64,000 bases of DNA from Lama guanicoe. Its lineage: Eukaryota. The translations under genes and the position numbers were made by a program. The notes under the pieces were generated by a model. The model saw only the letters and a program-made list of their open reading frames with translations. It was not told the DNA's origin and did not search any database. Every line of letters starts with the position of its first letter. Position 1 is the stretch's first letter. The stretch lies in the NCBI GenBank assembly GCA_013239625.1, contig MU053559.1, positions 62,001 to 126,000 of the forward strand, written 5' to 3'. Shown one piece after another: positions 1 to 44,177 of the stretch.

Positions 1-1319
1 GGGAAGCCAAGCCCTTCCTCAACACCTCCCACTGGGCACCATCCTTGCCAAACCGAGGACTTAAGTTCCCCTCTATAAAGTGCCATCCTCGAGAAAATAG
101 CCCTGGGCCAGGGGACAGACTGCCTGCCTTGAAGGCCACCAAGAGCCTCCAACAGAATCTGAGAACTCCTGAGAGCTAGGTCAACCTGAGAGCCAAGAGA
201 TGGGCAGAGCTCTGAGGTCTATTTCTAAGAGACAGAAACCGCACAAGCAAGGTACAAATTCAAAGAACCTGACCTTTTTAGTCCCCTAGGGCTAAATGGA
301 AGTTTTCACTGTGGTTACTCTATTGTCCCCCTACCACCACATACTGGGTACCCTGGGTGTGCCGACAGTCATTACATAGCCACAGGTTGCTGGAATGCAA
401 GTAGGCAGATCAGGGCTACCAATAATAGTAATACCACTTACACAAAGCTTATTATATCCAGCTTCTCATGCATGAACTCATTTTTAATCCTCATAGCAAC
501 CATATGTGGTAGGTACAAGTCTTACGTGGGAGGAAACTTGGGCCCAAAGAGGTTACGAGACGAGACCAAAATCGGAGAGCTAGTGAGCCAGGAGAAATGA
601 CACTTACCCGTAGCCCTTGGATATACTAACTGGACACAAGTCTGTACTAGGGAGGCATGAGTGTTTCACCAGAAGGCACTTTATTTACGACAGAGACAGT
701 ACAGGAATTATTCTCAGGAGGGGCAGGCTGTGTGTGGCTGCTGCAGGGCAGAGTGAAGGGCAGAGACACTCCTTTAGTTCACCAGCATATCTTCCTTTGG
801 GTAACCCTCCCTCCCCCAACTCTCACCTGATCCTGAAGGAACAGCCAATCACAGTGCCCTATAGAGATGACCATGTGATCCAGGCTGAGCCAATCAGAGC
901 ACATGGTGGTTAATTTCAGCATGAACAAGTTAACTAAGCAGGGCCTTTTCAGGAACTAGTAAATGGATACTATCAGGAGGAAAAGTTCTTGGTGCTAAGC
1001 TTAAAATATGGGAGTCAGAGGCAGCCCAGGTGCAAACTGGAGCAACTCATTTAATGCTCATAACAACCCTACTTTTATCATCTCAATTTCACAGACAAGG
1101 AAACTGAGGTCCCACAAGGGTTAGGGTCACAAAGTTAGCAACTGCTGTAGCCAGGATCTGAACTACTCAGGCAATCTGACCACAGACCTTAACTACTAAT
1201 GAACGCTAAGCCACAAGGGGGGGTGGTGGCAGAGAGGAAAGGCCAGAGTTTCAAAGGAGCTTGGTGACTTTGTGAAGGAGGAAGGAAGAGGCTGTGTGTA
1301 TTGGGAGGAAAGCACTCAC

Positions 1320-2587
1320 CATGCAGGCCTGAGCCAGGCTCATGGCCAGACGGAACCGGGCAGACATGGCCAGAGGCAGCAGAGGGCTGAGGCCCGAGCC
1401 CACAGCAGGGTTGATCACACGCAGGCAGCGGACCACAGCTTCTACAACCAGCTCAGTGGTGAAGGCTCGCAGGGTCTGCACATCTGGAGGAACTGCCCTG
1501 AAGAAGAAGGGAGAAGGCTCAATGAGGTGGGGAGGGGAGCAGTCAGGAAACAGGCATGAGGCTGGACTGTGCTGCCTTCTGGAGGCCCTAGTACTGGGAT
1601 GGGGTGGAGGAGAATGGCCACAGTTCTGACAGATCCTGGGTGTTGCTGACTGACTTCCATTTGGAAAACTAAGAACTGGGAGAGTCCTCAGGTCCTAAGA
1701 CCTTGGAGTAGAATGGTGGATGGAAGGAATCTGAGTTCAAAAAAAATCTCAAATTTCCCTATGCCTAAAAGCCCCAAATTTCTGGGGTCTGGGAAGGGCA
1801 AGGGGCCTACATAGAATAGTCTCTGGGTCCCCAGATATCATGTTCCCTGCGTGTCAGGGGCCCCTAGATATTAAGCTGCTAGGGTTTTGAGGCTAGATGT
1901 TGGGAAGCTGAGGTTTTCAGGAGTTCCAAGTGTCAGAGTCCCTGGATATCAAGACCACCCAGGCTCAAGCAATCCAGAAATCAAGCTCCCTTGATGGGTT
2001 TTTAGGACCTTCAAATGCAGGAGTCCTTATGTGTTGGGGTGCCCAAGCATTGAAGCCACCAGATTTTAGGGTCTTGTGATTTTAAAAGCCTCAGATATTG
2101 CAAAACCAGATTTGAAGGTTCCCAGTTATCCAGTCCCAGAGGTTTTTGGAATCCTTGAGTGCCAGGGTCTTGGGATTTGAAGATCCCTGGTTTTCAGGAT
2201 ACGGGTGTCTTAAAATCTCCAGATATCAGGATCCCAGGGTGTTGATGTCAAGATCCACAGATCTCAGGATCCCGGGTCTTGAGGTTCCAAGGTTTTAAGG
2301 TGTCGAGGCGTCTAGGTCCTGGAGTTTGGGGTTTACGAAGTGTCAGGGTCAAAGGGTTTGAGAGTCCCCTTATGTATGCATGTATATGTAATTAAGGAGG
2401 AGGGAGGGTTTTAGGGTCCTAGAAGTTGGAGCCCTGTATGTCAAGGTCCGGGGTTTTAAGGTTCCCGGGTGACTGGGTCCGGAGTTTTGGAGTCCCGGAT
2501 GTGGGCATTCCGGGGTGGGCGGGGGCTGTGTCCTTACGTGCCGGCCTGGCGCAGGGAATGGATGAGGATTCGGTCCGCCTCCTCCAT
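1320..2587 (-). CDS. CCDC22: Coiled-coil domain-containing protein 22 (CCC/Commander complex), first two coding exons; gene continues beyond the window start
   Basis: Exon 1 2587-2538 and exon 2 1497-1320, joined by a GT-AG intron, give MEEADRILIHSLRQAGTAVPPDVQTLRAFTTELVVEAVVRCLRVINPAVGSGLSPLLPLAMSARFRLAMSLAQACM (76 codons). This matches the CCDC22 N-terminus. Exon 2 is followed by a GTGAGT donor. Confidence 0.96.
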
Positions 2588-2689
2588 GGTGGAGCCCTGT
2601 TCGAGTCCGAGGCTGGGTCCAGGGCCGGGGCCGGGCAAGAGCGGCGCAGCTGTGGAAAGCCCGCTCCTCGCCCGCGGTCCAAGGAGTGT

Positions 2690-3000
2690 CACGGGCTGCG
2701 CAGGGAGAGCCGGGAAGTGTAGTTCCGAGAGCCAGTTCGCCGCCCGCCGGATGCCTGTAGTCCCGGTGTGAATGGGGCGCGCAGGCTTGAGCGCGCAATG
2801 GCTGCTGGGAGTTGTAGGATTGGGGGGGTGGCGGTGTTTTTTTGTTGTGGGGGGGGTTCGTTTTTTTGTTTTTTTGCCTGCAGCCGAGTGCACTCTTTCA
2901 AGTGAGCAAAGGAGTATACTGCGCGTCTCGCGCGTGTGCGTGTGCCTGTGTGTGTGTCGGGATGCAAAAGGGAAGGGGCGGGACGGAGAATGGCTTCTTG
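2690..3000 (-). promoter_or_regulatory. CCDC22 CpG-rich promoter with ZNF143/THAP11-type ACTACA..TCCC motifs
   Basis: CpG-dense. On the minus strand: ACTACACTTCCCGG (~2710-2723), GGGACTACA (~2756-2764) and CTACAACTCCCAGCAGC (2801-2817). GC box GGGGCGGG near 2975. Confidence 0.7.
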
Positions 3001-3049
3001 ACTCATTCATTTAAGTCAGCATTCATCTTCTAGATTGTAAAAGTGTACA

Positions 3050-3260
3050 AGTTAAGGGCAAGAGCTTTCGCACAAAGCGATTAGGTTTGCATCTCAGCTC
3101 TGCAGCTTGCTAAATGTGCAACCGTGGGCAGATTATGTAACTTCCCCATGTCTTAGTTTTCTCATCTGTAAAATGGAACTATTAATAGTACCTGCTTCCT
3201 AGGATTAAAACAGAATGAATTCATGTAATGCAACGTTGTACTATGTGCCTGATACATAAT
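3050..3260 (+). mobile_element. MIR SINE fragment
   Basis: MIR core TTAGTTTTCTCATCTGTAAAATGGAACTATTAATAGTACC. Similar fragments (approximate) at 1050-1190, 4600-4880, 10430-10790, 25780-25960, 26940-27090, 29780-29990, 30840-31030, 34640-34790, 35390-35510, 38110-38410 and 55890-56080. Confidence 0.75.
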
Positions 3261-3449
3261 ACAGTAAGAAAGCACTATGGAAGTTACAGTCACTAGTATT
3301 CATACCTTCAATAAATGCTTTATTTTAACGGTGTACATATGTGTACACTCCAAAGAATAATTACATAGTAAACATCCATGTAACTACCATTCATTAGAAA
3401 GACCACCGTGTCTCCAATGCTCAGTAGTGCCACGATTGTCACAAATCAC

Positions 3450-3900
3450 GTGTACCTAAATGAGGGCTCAGTATCTGAACTCTATTCTGTTCTTAATTAC
3501 TCCAGCTTTAAAATAAGCTTTGGTATCTGATATGGCAAGTCCTCCCATCTTGTTATTTTTCAAAGGATTTTGGCTTTTCTAGGTCCTTTGTCTATAGATA
3601 TACATTTTAGAATCAGTTTGTCAAACTTCATGGAAAAATCGTTTGAGATTTTAAGACTCCATTGAATCTCTAGATCACTTTCGGAAGAATTGACATCTTC
3701 ACAATATTGACTATTTCAATTAGTAAATTTAATATATCTGTCCATTCGTTTAGATCCCCTTTAAGAACTCGATAATATTTGATATTTTTCCCGTGGAGAT
3801 CTTGCACATATGTTACATTAGGTCTATTCCTACATACTTCAAATTTCAGATACTGTTGGGAAACTATTATCATTTTCCTTATTTTAGTTTCTGACTCTGG
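3450..3900 (-). mobile_element. Old LINE-1 (L1M) ORF2 fragment
   Basis: The minus-strand translation contains DLNEW..IVNIVKMSILPK, the L1 ORF2 'DLNKW..INIVKMSILPK' motif. AT-rich and degenerate; boundaries approximate. Confidence 0.8.
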
Positions 3901-3929
3901 TGCTGGTATGTATTTTGTAAAAAATATAT

Positions 3930-4104
3930 TTTTTAATCCGTGCCTTTTCTGTTGCCAGCCTCTGGCCCACAAATGCTTCATCTTCACCCCTGCTCACCCT
4001 CCCATCCGACTCTGTTATGGTCCCGCCCTGTGACCTTAATCCCTCCAAAGCAGGGGGAAGAGAGGTGGGCTGTGTGCAGATGGCTCTTCAACCTCGAAAG
4101 GAGG
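3930..4104 (+). promoter_or_regulatory. CACNA1F proximal promoter with CRX/OTX2-type TAATCC sites
   Basis: TAATCC at 3934-3939 and 4037-4042; the second directly abuts a nuclear-receptor half-site TGACCT (4031-4036). Both lie upstream of the ATG at 4105. Confidence 0.55.
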
Positions 4105-27938
<23,834 letters not shown>

Positions 27939-27962
27939 ATACCCACCCCTCCCCCACTGCTC

Positions 27963-27968
27963 AATAAA
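27963..27968 (+). terminator. CACNA1F polyadenylation signal AATAAA
   Basis: AATAAA 25 nt after the TGA stop. Confidence 0.75.
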
Positions 27969-30059
27969 CCTCCTGCCCTCCCTTCTGCAGAAGGAGACAG
28001 GCATGGACCACACCCCTGGATTTTGGTATCTTTGCACTGGAGGCCTGGGGCTGCCCAGTGGCCACCATCCATCCATCCCATTTCAGCCCTGAGCCACTGC
28101 CCACACGCGAGTATTTACAGAAACCAGGACAACCAGGCCTGATTATTCAGCGTCAGGGAAGGAGGGAGGAGGAGGAGGAAGAGACAGCAGCCAAAAAAAG
28201 CTGGAGACAGAGTGGAGGTGGTGGGGGGAGGGAGGGTACTGGACAGAGATGGGGAAAGTGGAGAGAGAGGATGTGTGGAGGCTTGGCTGAGGGGTGAGGG
28301 GAAGTCAGAGATTCCACAAAGGGTCAGTCAGGTCAGATGGAGGCAGGAGCAGGACAGGTGGATGGGAAGGAAAGGATAAGGAAACCTTCAGGAGAGTCCT
28401 GCCAGCAGAAAGGCCTGGAGGTTAGAATGAGCCTAGTATGGGATACGTCTTCAACAGGGGGGTCCTCTGACAGCTTCAGGAATTTTAGGGAGGCTAAATT
28501 GGAATTGTCCTGTCTCCCACCTCCCCGCTTCTTCCTGAGAAAAAGAAAATCTATACTCACTGTTAGAAGACATGGGTGACAGCAAAAGGTGAGGCTCCCC
28601 ACCTGGGGTAACCCACTCAAAGCCCACCTGGCTCTCCTGAGACCAACTAAGAGTCCCCCACTCCCAGATCCCAGCTTCTCTTTCTGCTTCTTGTCCTACC
28701 TTTAGTCATCACCCAACCTTTGGGGTCTCACTCATTCTGTGAAGGTTTATTGGGCATCTATTCTGTGCCAGGTACCGTTCTGGGTTTCCCCCAGCACAAA
28801 CTGAGCTGGCTTGTCCAAAGTGGTAGTCATCCCCACTCCAAAGGAATTGGAAGCAGTGTTGGAAGTGGCACAGGATGGGGCCACCCCTGGGAGGGGTATC
28901 TGAACTAGGGGCTCCACCCAGCTCTCAGAGCAGGGGTTCCTCATTTGTATACTTTGTGTCAATTAAGCCAGGACTGAAATTTGGGGGAAACCAGAATTGG
29001 AGACGAGGACTCAGAATATAAGAGTTGCACTAGGTCTTGAAACAAAGGCTTGGAGTGGTTGGGCTGGTATGTTGCGGGAAAGAAAGTCATGGGCAGGGTA
29101 AAGAGAGTGGAGGGAGATCGTTGTGGGATGATGTGGGACAGGCCACCAGTGGCCAGATGATGCAGACCCTTGAATGCCAGGTCCCAAGCCCTAGGATTTT
29201 TCCTGAAAGCAGTGGGGAGCCATGGGAGGGATATGAGCAGGGTAGTGACATAGTTAACTTTGCATTTTAAATAGATGCTCTGACGGCTGAGCTGAAAACA
29301 GAAGGGAGGGGGAAGAGACTGGAGATGCTAAAATTGGCAGAATGATGGTTACCTTAGCCAGGGGAGGTGGCAGAGGAGATGACAAGAAGTGAGTAGATTC
29401 CAGAAATGTGTAGAAGGTAAAATGAACCATTTACTGGGCCCTGTGCTAAGTGTATTACAGTGATTATCTTGTTTAATCAGTGCAACAATCCTATGAACAT
29501 CATTTTAAATTATCTTGCCTATCCAAAGTCATACAGGAACAAGTATTAGAAGTGAGATTCAAATTCAGGCAACTGAATGCCAAAACCCATGCTCTTCCCC
29601 CAATAAGGCAATAACTGGGAAGTATCCATTGCATATTTGTGTGAATTTGAGTGTGTTCTTTTAAAAAATAGCTATACATTCAGATGGTTAAAAATTCAAA
29701 GGTACAAAGGAATATAAACTCGGGAGGCAACTGGTGTTATCAGATATCTTAGCCAGGTATGGGATGCTGTGCTGATAAGTTAGCACAGTGGCTACGAGTA
29801 ACAGGTGCTGGAGCCATACTTCCTGGGTTAAAGTCCTAGTCCTATCATTTACCAGCTGTATGACCTTAGGAAAAATCTTTCGCCTCTTAGCACCTTAGTT
29901 TACTCAGCTGTAAAATGAGGCTAGTAGTAGTACCTAACTCGTCCGGTTGCTGTGAGGATTTAAATGAATGGCATATGTGAAGCTCACAGAACAGCCACAA
30001 TTTAAAATGTTAATTTAAAATGTTAACATTTTAAAATGTCTCCCTATAATTAAGATATG

Positions 30060-30600
30060 ACCCTTCCCTTCTCTTTGTACACAATTCCCACATAGTTTGA
30101 CCTCTACATTTCTTAACTAAGTATCTTGGCAATCATTACATAGCTCCATATTAGTGACAGCTGCACAGTACTCCACTTTGCGGCTCTTGAGTTTTTTTAA
30201 AGAGGCCAGCAGTAATGAGCACTTAGGGAGTGTCCACTCCTATTATAAACAGCGATACAGTGTATCATCTTATACATACATCTTTTAGCACATGTATGAC
30301 TCCATCCATAAGATAAACTCCTAGAAGTGCAAACCCTGAGCCAAATATATGGATTTGTTAGTTTGCTAGATTTTGCCAAATTCTCCTTTACAGAAGTTAC
30401 ACCAATTTAACTTCCACTGGCAATTTATGAGAATGCCTATTTCTGACCAACCTGCTAATATTGAGCATTATCAAACTTTTTTTTATATGCACCACCCTCA
30501 AGATGAAACAGTGTCTCCGTAGCTCTTATAGGCATTTCTTTTAGTATGAATGAAGTTAAGCATCTTAAATTCCAACTTGTATTTATCCATTGGATTTTTG
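30060..30600 (-). mobile_element. Old L1ME-like 3' fragment
   Basis: ATAAACTCCTAGAAGTG...TTGCCAAATT...ACCAATTTAACTTCCACTGGCAATTTATGAGAATGCCTATTT pattern typical of ancient L1 3' ends. Confidence 0.6.
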
Positions 30601-31305
30601 CAACATGGCAATTGCCGTTGACCTTGGCAGGCCTAGTTTTAGTAGCATGAAGGAGGAATGGTCCAATTAAGAGAGGACTGGGGAATAAACAAGACGTAAC
30701 GAGTAGAGTTGGAGTAGGAAAGACTTAAGACTATGGAAGAGCGAAATAGGGAGACGGTTGGAGGGGGAGGGAGAGGTTTTCTTAATGTGTTTAAAATGCA
30801 AACGAGAAGAAACCCTCAAGACCCTGAACTATGCTTACAGTGCAGGGACTTTGGGCACTGCCAGTAAGTAGCTGGGCGACCTTGTACAAGTCGCTTAACC
30901 TCTCCCGGGACTAATTTTCCTCACCTGTAAAAATGGGACCAAGAGTCCCTACCACATAGGGCTGTTCTAAAGAATAAATAAATGAACATATTCGACAAAT
31001 TCAGCAAAGGGCCTGGCAAACTCATACTGTAGGACCGAACAGTCCACCTCTCCCCAGATCTCTAGTTGTATTTTCGGAGATAACGATCTTCCTAGAGCCG
31101 TTCTCACGGATCCAGCCTAGGGGCTGGAATGGCGGCCGGGGAGATTTAGGCACGGCCCGCTGTGCGCAGGCGCGCGGGGCGAGAGAGGTGGGGGCGCGAG
31201 GGGCGGAGCTGCAGCCTCCTGGGCTGTTCCGACGATCGCGCGCCGCCCCCGCCGCGCCCCGCGCCCGCCCTTGCTAGCAGGCGCCTCCCGCCCCCCGCAT
31301 TGCTG

Positions 31306-39245
<7,940 letters not shown>

Positions 39246-41514
39246 CCTGGTGAGTGACGGGCGGGCGGTGCAGCCAAAAAGGGTTCATGAAAGGAGACGG
39301 GCGGGTCAGTGAACCAGTAAGAGTCAGGAGTAAATAGTACGTAGCTACGCTAGCCGGACAAGTGAGGACGGGAGTCTGAAGGAGTCAATAGGGAGGCGGA
39401 GCTATATACTAAGGGCGAAAAACTAGCCATTGATGGAAGTCAGGAGAGTGGAACTTGAAAATGGGCAGAATGAAGAGCCAATGGGAGAGGGATAGAAGGG
39501 TTGCTTTGAGGGAAGGGAGGGGCGAGAGAAGTGGGCAGAGCAACCAGTGAGGGTTGCAACCAATAAAGGAGGGACTAGCAGGAGGACATGCGTAGTGGGG
39601 AATCAGCCGGGCTCAGGAGCTGAGAAGGGACGACCAGGGGTGGGGGTGGGGGTTAGCCAAAATGTTAAGATAAGGCCAATAGATGCTTAGGGTAACCTGG
39701 CTTGGATCATGAAGGTCAGACAAGCTCGCCAATCCGGGAGAAGGTGGTAGATCCGCCACCTCTCCGCAACCCTGGAGGTGAGGGAGGTGGTGTGAAATTT
39801 TAAAGAAGCAAAGGGGCGGGGCGGGGGCATTGGAAAGTCTTGCCAGCCTTCTTGTTGGGCCTCCAAAAAGAAGTGAAATTTCCCTCACATATGAGGAGGG
39901 AAGATGGAGAAAAGAGGCATCTGAGGGAATGGCGTGAGAAGGGAAAGGCAAGGAGGTGGAAACAAGTGGGTAAAGGTAGCTTCTGGCATTTGGCCAGGAT
40001 GGAAAGGGGACAAGTTTCTTAGGCATCTCATCTTCAATTCATTAAAAAATCTTATTGGCTCTACCTTCAAAATATATCCATAATCTTTCCACTTCTCACT
40101 GTCCCCCTGGACGTCTTCACTGGTTTCTACCCCTATTCGCATTATATCCTACTCCCAGATGGGGAAGGATCCTGTTAAATCCTAAATCACTCCGCGACCC
40201 TCCTGCGTTCATAGAGCAGATCTCTGCTGGGCCTCCCATCTCACTCAGATTAAAAGTCAAAGCCTTCACTATGGCCCATGAGGCCCTATACAATCTAGCC
40301 CCACCCCTCACTTCTCTGACCCCTCACCTCCAACCACTGCCCCCACAATTCTGTTCCAGCCACGCTGGCCACCTCAATGTGCCAGGCACCATCCAGTCTT
40401 GGTACTTGCTTTCCCCCTTGAGTTTCACACCCACACACACTGATAACCTTAGCTGGCCAGCTCCTTACAAGTCCCCTTTCTTATCTTATCAGGGAGCTGT
40501 GCTTTTCTTTATCACAGTCTATAATTATTAGTTTATATGTTTATTGACTTTCTCTTCTACTAGACTAGGGGACGTGACCATAACTTATTCATGCTATACA
40601 CACATCACTTAGAGCACTACTAATGTTAAGAAACATTTGTTGAGGAAATAAAAGAAACTATATAGCATAAGACATTTTACTATCATTTTACTCTTCTCTG
40701 CTTAAAATATTCCCATGATTTACACCTCATTGAGAGTCAAAGCTGAAGTCCTCACAGTCTTGTCCACAAGATCCTACGATCCCGTTTCCTACCTCCCCGA
40801 TTTCACCTCCTACCACTCTCCCTTGCTCACTCCACTGGAGCCCAGCCGACCTCCTTGCTGTTCCTCAAACACACTAGACATGGTCCCACCCCAGGGCCTT
40901 TGCACAGGCTGTGCTCCCTTCCTAGAATTCTCCGCCCCCCAAGTTATCTGCATGGCTCATTCCCTCACCTCAAGTCTTTATTCCAATGTCACTTCTTCAA
41001 TGAGGTCTTCTCTGACTACCTACTTACCACAGTTACCTTTCTTCCCCACCTGGCATTCCTAATCCCTCTCACCCCAGTCTACTTTTTGTTTTTCCATTTC
41101 ACTTATTATCACCTTATGTCATACTAGATAACTCACTTATACATCTTGGTCATTGTTTGAAGTCTGTCTCCCCTGCTACAATGTAAGCTCCACCAAGATA
41201 AGGATCTTGGCTTTGCTCAACATAGTTTATCACCAGTGAGGAGACCAGCATCTGTTAACGGACTTTTTTGGGTTGGGGGAGAGGGAACCATCCTTTCTTT
41301 GGGACCTAACCTAGTGGGAGCAAGGTATATCTTCACAGTAGGGGCAGCTGGGATGAAGCTGACTCCAAGACTATAAGTGAAGGAAGAAAGGGGGAAGAAA
41401 AGGCATGGCAGGTAGAGGGTAAAGCCAGGGCAGAGGCACAGCAGCCCAGCCCTTCCATAAGAGCATCACCTGTGTCTGGACCCCCTCTCCTTTCTGTGTG
41501 TTTTGTCTCCACAG

Positions 41515-43145
41515 GTCAGTGCAGCCCGGGAGGACCCCATGGTAGGCAAGAGCTCAGGAGAAGGCCTGCCCCCCCAACATCCCACTCCTACACCCTGGTC
41601 TCCACCCCTCAAGCCAGGAGACCCTGAAGTGCCTTTGCTGTTTATATATATATATATTATATATAAATATCTATTTATCTGTCTGAGCCCTGCCCCTACT
41701 CGACTCCCCTCATGCATTAGGGCCCAATCTTGAATGGACCCCTCTCTTACCCCTTCCCCTGCATCCCTCGGCACCTCTCTGTTCCCTGGCCCTGTGCCCT
41801 GAGGTTGGGGGACTCTGAAAGGGGGTTAGGGAGGAGACAGAAGGCTGTGTGGGGAGGGTGGGTGTGACTTCAGACTCTCTCCCCTCTCTCTCTCTCCCTC
41901 TCAACTCTGGCCTCAATTCCTCTAGCAATGCCTGAACAGGGGCCAGTAGGAAAAATTCAACCCTGAGCAGGGGAGAAAGGCAGAGACCAGAGGAGCTTGG
42001 GACCCAAGGTGTTCTTGGAGAGAGGCTCTGGAGTAGAGGAGACTAGTAAGCAGGGAGGTTGGATTCCAGACATACTGGATCTGGAGTCTCAAGAAGAGGA
42101 GTCGCCTTAGAGCATTCTGGAGTGGGGCTTGGAAGGAGGCTGAGGGTATGGTTCTAGGAGGGGTGAAGCTTTGAGTGAGGCAGCAGGTGGGCCAGGAGTG
42201 GGCAGGGGTTGGAGTAGAACAGGGTTCTATGGAAGGGATGTGACTTGAGACCTGGGGACTGGGTTTGGAAGAGTGCTGAGGGCTTGGTTCTAGGAGTGGG
42301 ATGGGGCTTGAACCAGGCAGGAGGTGAGGCTCCAGAGGGGGTAGGTCTTGGATTGGGACCAGAATCGATGACAGGGGTGTGGCTTGGAACATTCAGGAGG
42401 CTGACTTTGATTCTACAGGGGGCAGATCTTGGGCAAGGCAAGAAGTGGGATTCAGGAATGGATCAGACTTGAGATGAGGTCGTGGTCTGGGTTCTAGAGG
42501 GTTCGCCCCAGGGCTTAGAGTGGGGCGTGCATGGTGTTTTCAAAAGGGGCAGTCCCGCCCCCGCAGTGGAGCAGTGAAGAAAGTATGTTTTAGAGTAGGC
42601 AGGTTTGGCAGTGGGGAGGGCGGGGTGAGAAGCCTGGGGAAGGGTTTTGTTAGGGGTAGGGGGAGTATCCCTGGACAAGGCTGGGGACTGAGGTGGCCTG
42701 GGAAGAACTAAGAGGTAAAGCTTGAGGGGTAAGGGATGGGATCCAGAAAGAAGCACCCAGTGAATGGGATTTGCTGAATCCCTTGCTCATCCCCCGATGG
42801 GACAGCTAGGCAATCAGAGGACAGAGCCAAAGGGTCTGTGGGGCCGACCCACCCCTCTCCCCGCCTCCCCTTGCCTCTTCCCTTCCTCCACACGCCCATC
42901 CATCCCGGGGTGGTTGGAGGCCCGGTCTGGAGCCCCTATCCTGAACCCTCTGCTGTGTCTGTGACGTCGGTAGTGCCTGTGATCGTGTGTTGCCATTTTG
43001 TCTGGCTGTGGCCCCTCCCCTCTCCCCTCCAGACCCCCACCCTTTCCCGTGCCCTTTGGTATTGTTTGAAGACTCCCTCCCCAAGGAAGAACAAATATGA
43101 TTAATTCTCCTCCCCTAAATAAACTCCTCAACTACCTAGTCCACA
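41515..43145 (+). other. SYP: SYP non-coding last exon (3' UTR)
   Basis: Donor G|GTGAGT 4 nt after the stop (intron starts 39250), acceptor TTTTGTCTCCACAG| at 41514, AATAAA at 43118-43123 followed by a GU/U-rich element. Confidence 0.8.
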
Positions 43146-44177
43146 GGGCTCTGACTTCTCGATGTGTCTTTTTTTGGGGGGTGGGGGCGGATGGATGAAG
43201 GGAAAGATGGGGAAGAGGAGGCTAGAGGAAGCTCTGCCTCCAACCTGCTGGGCACTGCTCAAGTCACCCCAGAGTTTTTAGCCCCTCCAACAGCGTTTTG
43301 CCAAGCTGCATCCTCTGTGAAGCCTGGCCTGCCGATCATTTTAAGTCACACTCTGGATAGCCCTGCCCACTGCCCCGCTACTGGCCACCAAATGTCCAAT
43401 CTTTCTAGGGTTCAGTTCTCATTCCGGTCCCTTAGCCACACCCCTTCCCAGCCCCTGTGGAGCCCTGTCCTCGAATCCCCAAAGGGTTCAAATAGGACAC
43501 CCATACTTCACAGGGAGACTTCCTTCTAGGCACCCCTCTTGCATTCTTCAGACACTGCTCTCTCTCCATTTCCTTGCCTTTGCTTCAGCTGGAGAAACGA
43601 AAGACTGGCTAGGCTGCTAGGCCCGGGGGTGGGGGGGCCGAACTCCTCCCCTAAATAAACTCTTCAAATACCTAGTCCACAGGGCTCTGACTTCTCGATG
43701 TGTCTTTTTTTGGGGGGTGGGGGCGGATGGATGAAGGGAAAGATGGGGAAGAGGAGGCTAGAGGAAGCTCTGCCTCCAACCTGCTGGGCACTGCTCAAGT
43801 CACCCCAGAGTTTTTAGCCCCTCCAACAGCGTTTTGCCAAGCTGCATCCTCTGTGAAGCCTGGCCTGCCGATCATTTTAAGTCACACTCTGGATAGCCCT
43901 GCCCACTGCCCCGCTACTGGCCACCAAATGTCCAATCTTTCTAGGGTTCAGTTCTCATTCCGGTCCCTTAGCCACACCCCTTCCCAGCCCCTGTGGAGCC
44001 CTGTCCTCGAATCCCCAAAGGGTTCAAATAGGACACCCATACTTCACAGGGAGACTTCCTTCTAGGCACCCCTCTTGCATTCTTCAGACACTGCTCTCTC
44101 TCCATTTCCTTGCCTTTGCTTCAGCTGGAGAAACGAAAGACTGGCTAGGCTGCTAGGCCCGGGGGTGGGGGGGCCGA
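43107..44177. repeat. Direct tandem duplication, 536-bp unit x2
   Basis: 43107-43641 is repeated at 43643-44177. The ORF track shows the same 121-aa ORF at 43164 and 43700. Only two mismatches seen, both in the first 30 bp. Confidence 0.97.

Noticed and set aside
3670..3987. 105-aa minus-strand ORF between CCDC22 and CACNA1F
   Set aside because: Degenerate L1 ORF2 remnant.
30001..30040. TTTAAAATGTTAA short repeats and palindrome
   Set aside because: AT-rich slippage product at the end of a MIR; no spacers or other structure, not CRISPR-like.
43164..44065. Twin identical 121-aa ORFs
   Set aside because: GTG start, no recognisable domain, located downstream of the poly(A) signal; their identity simply reflects the tandem duplication.
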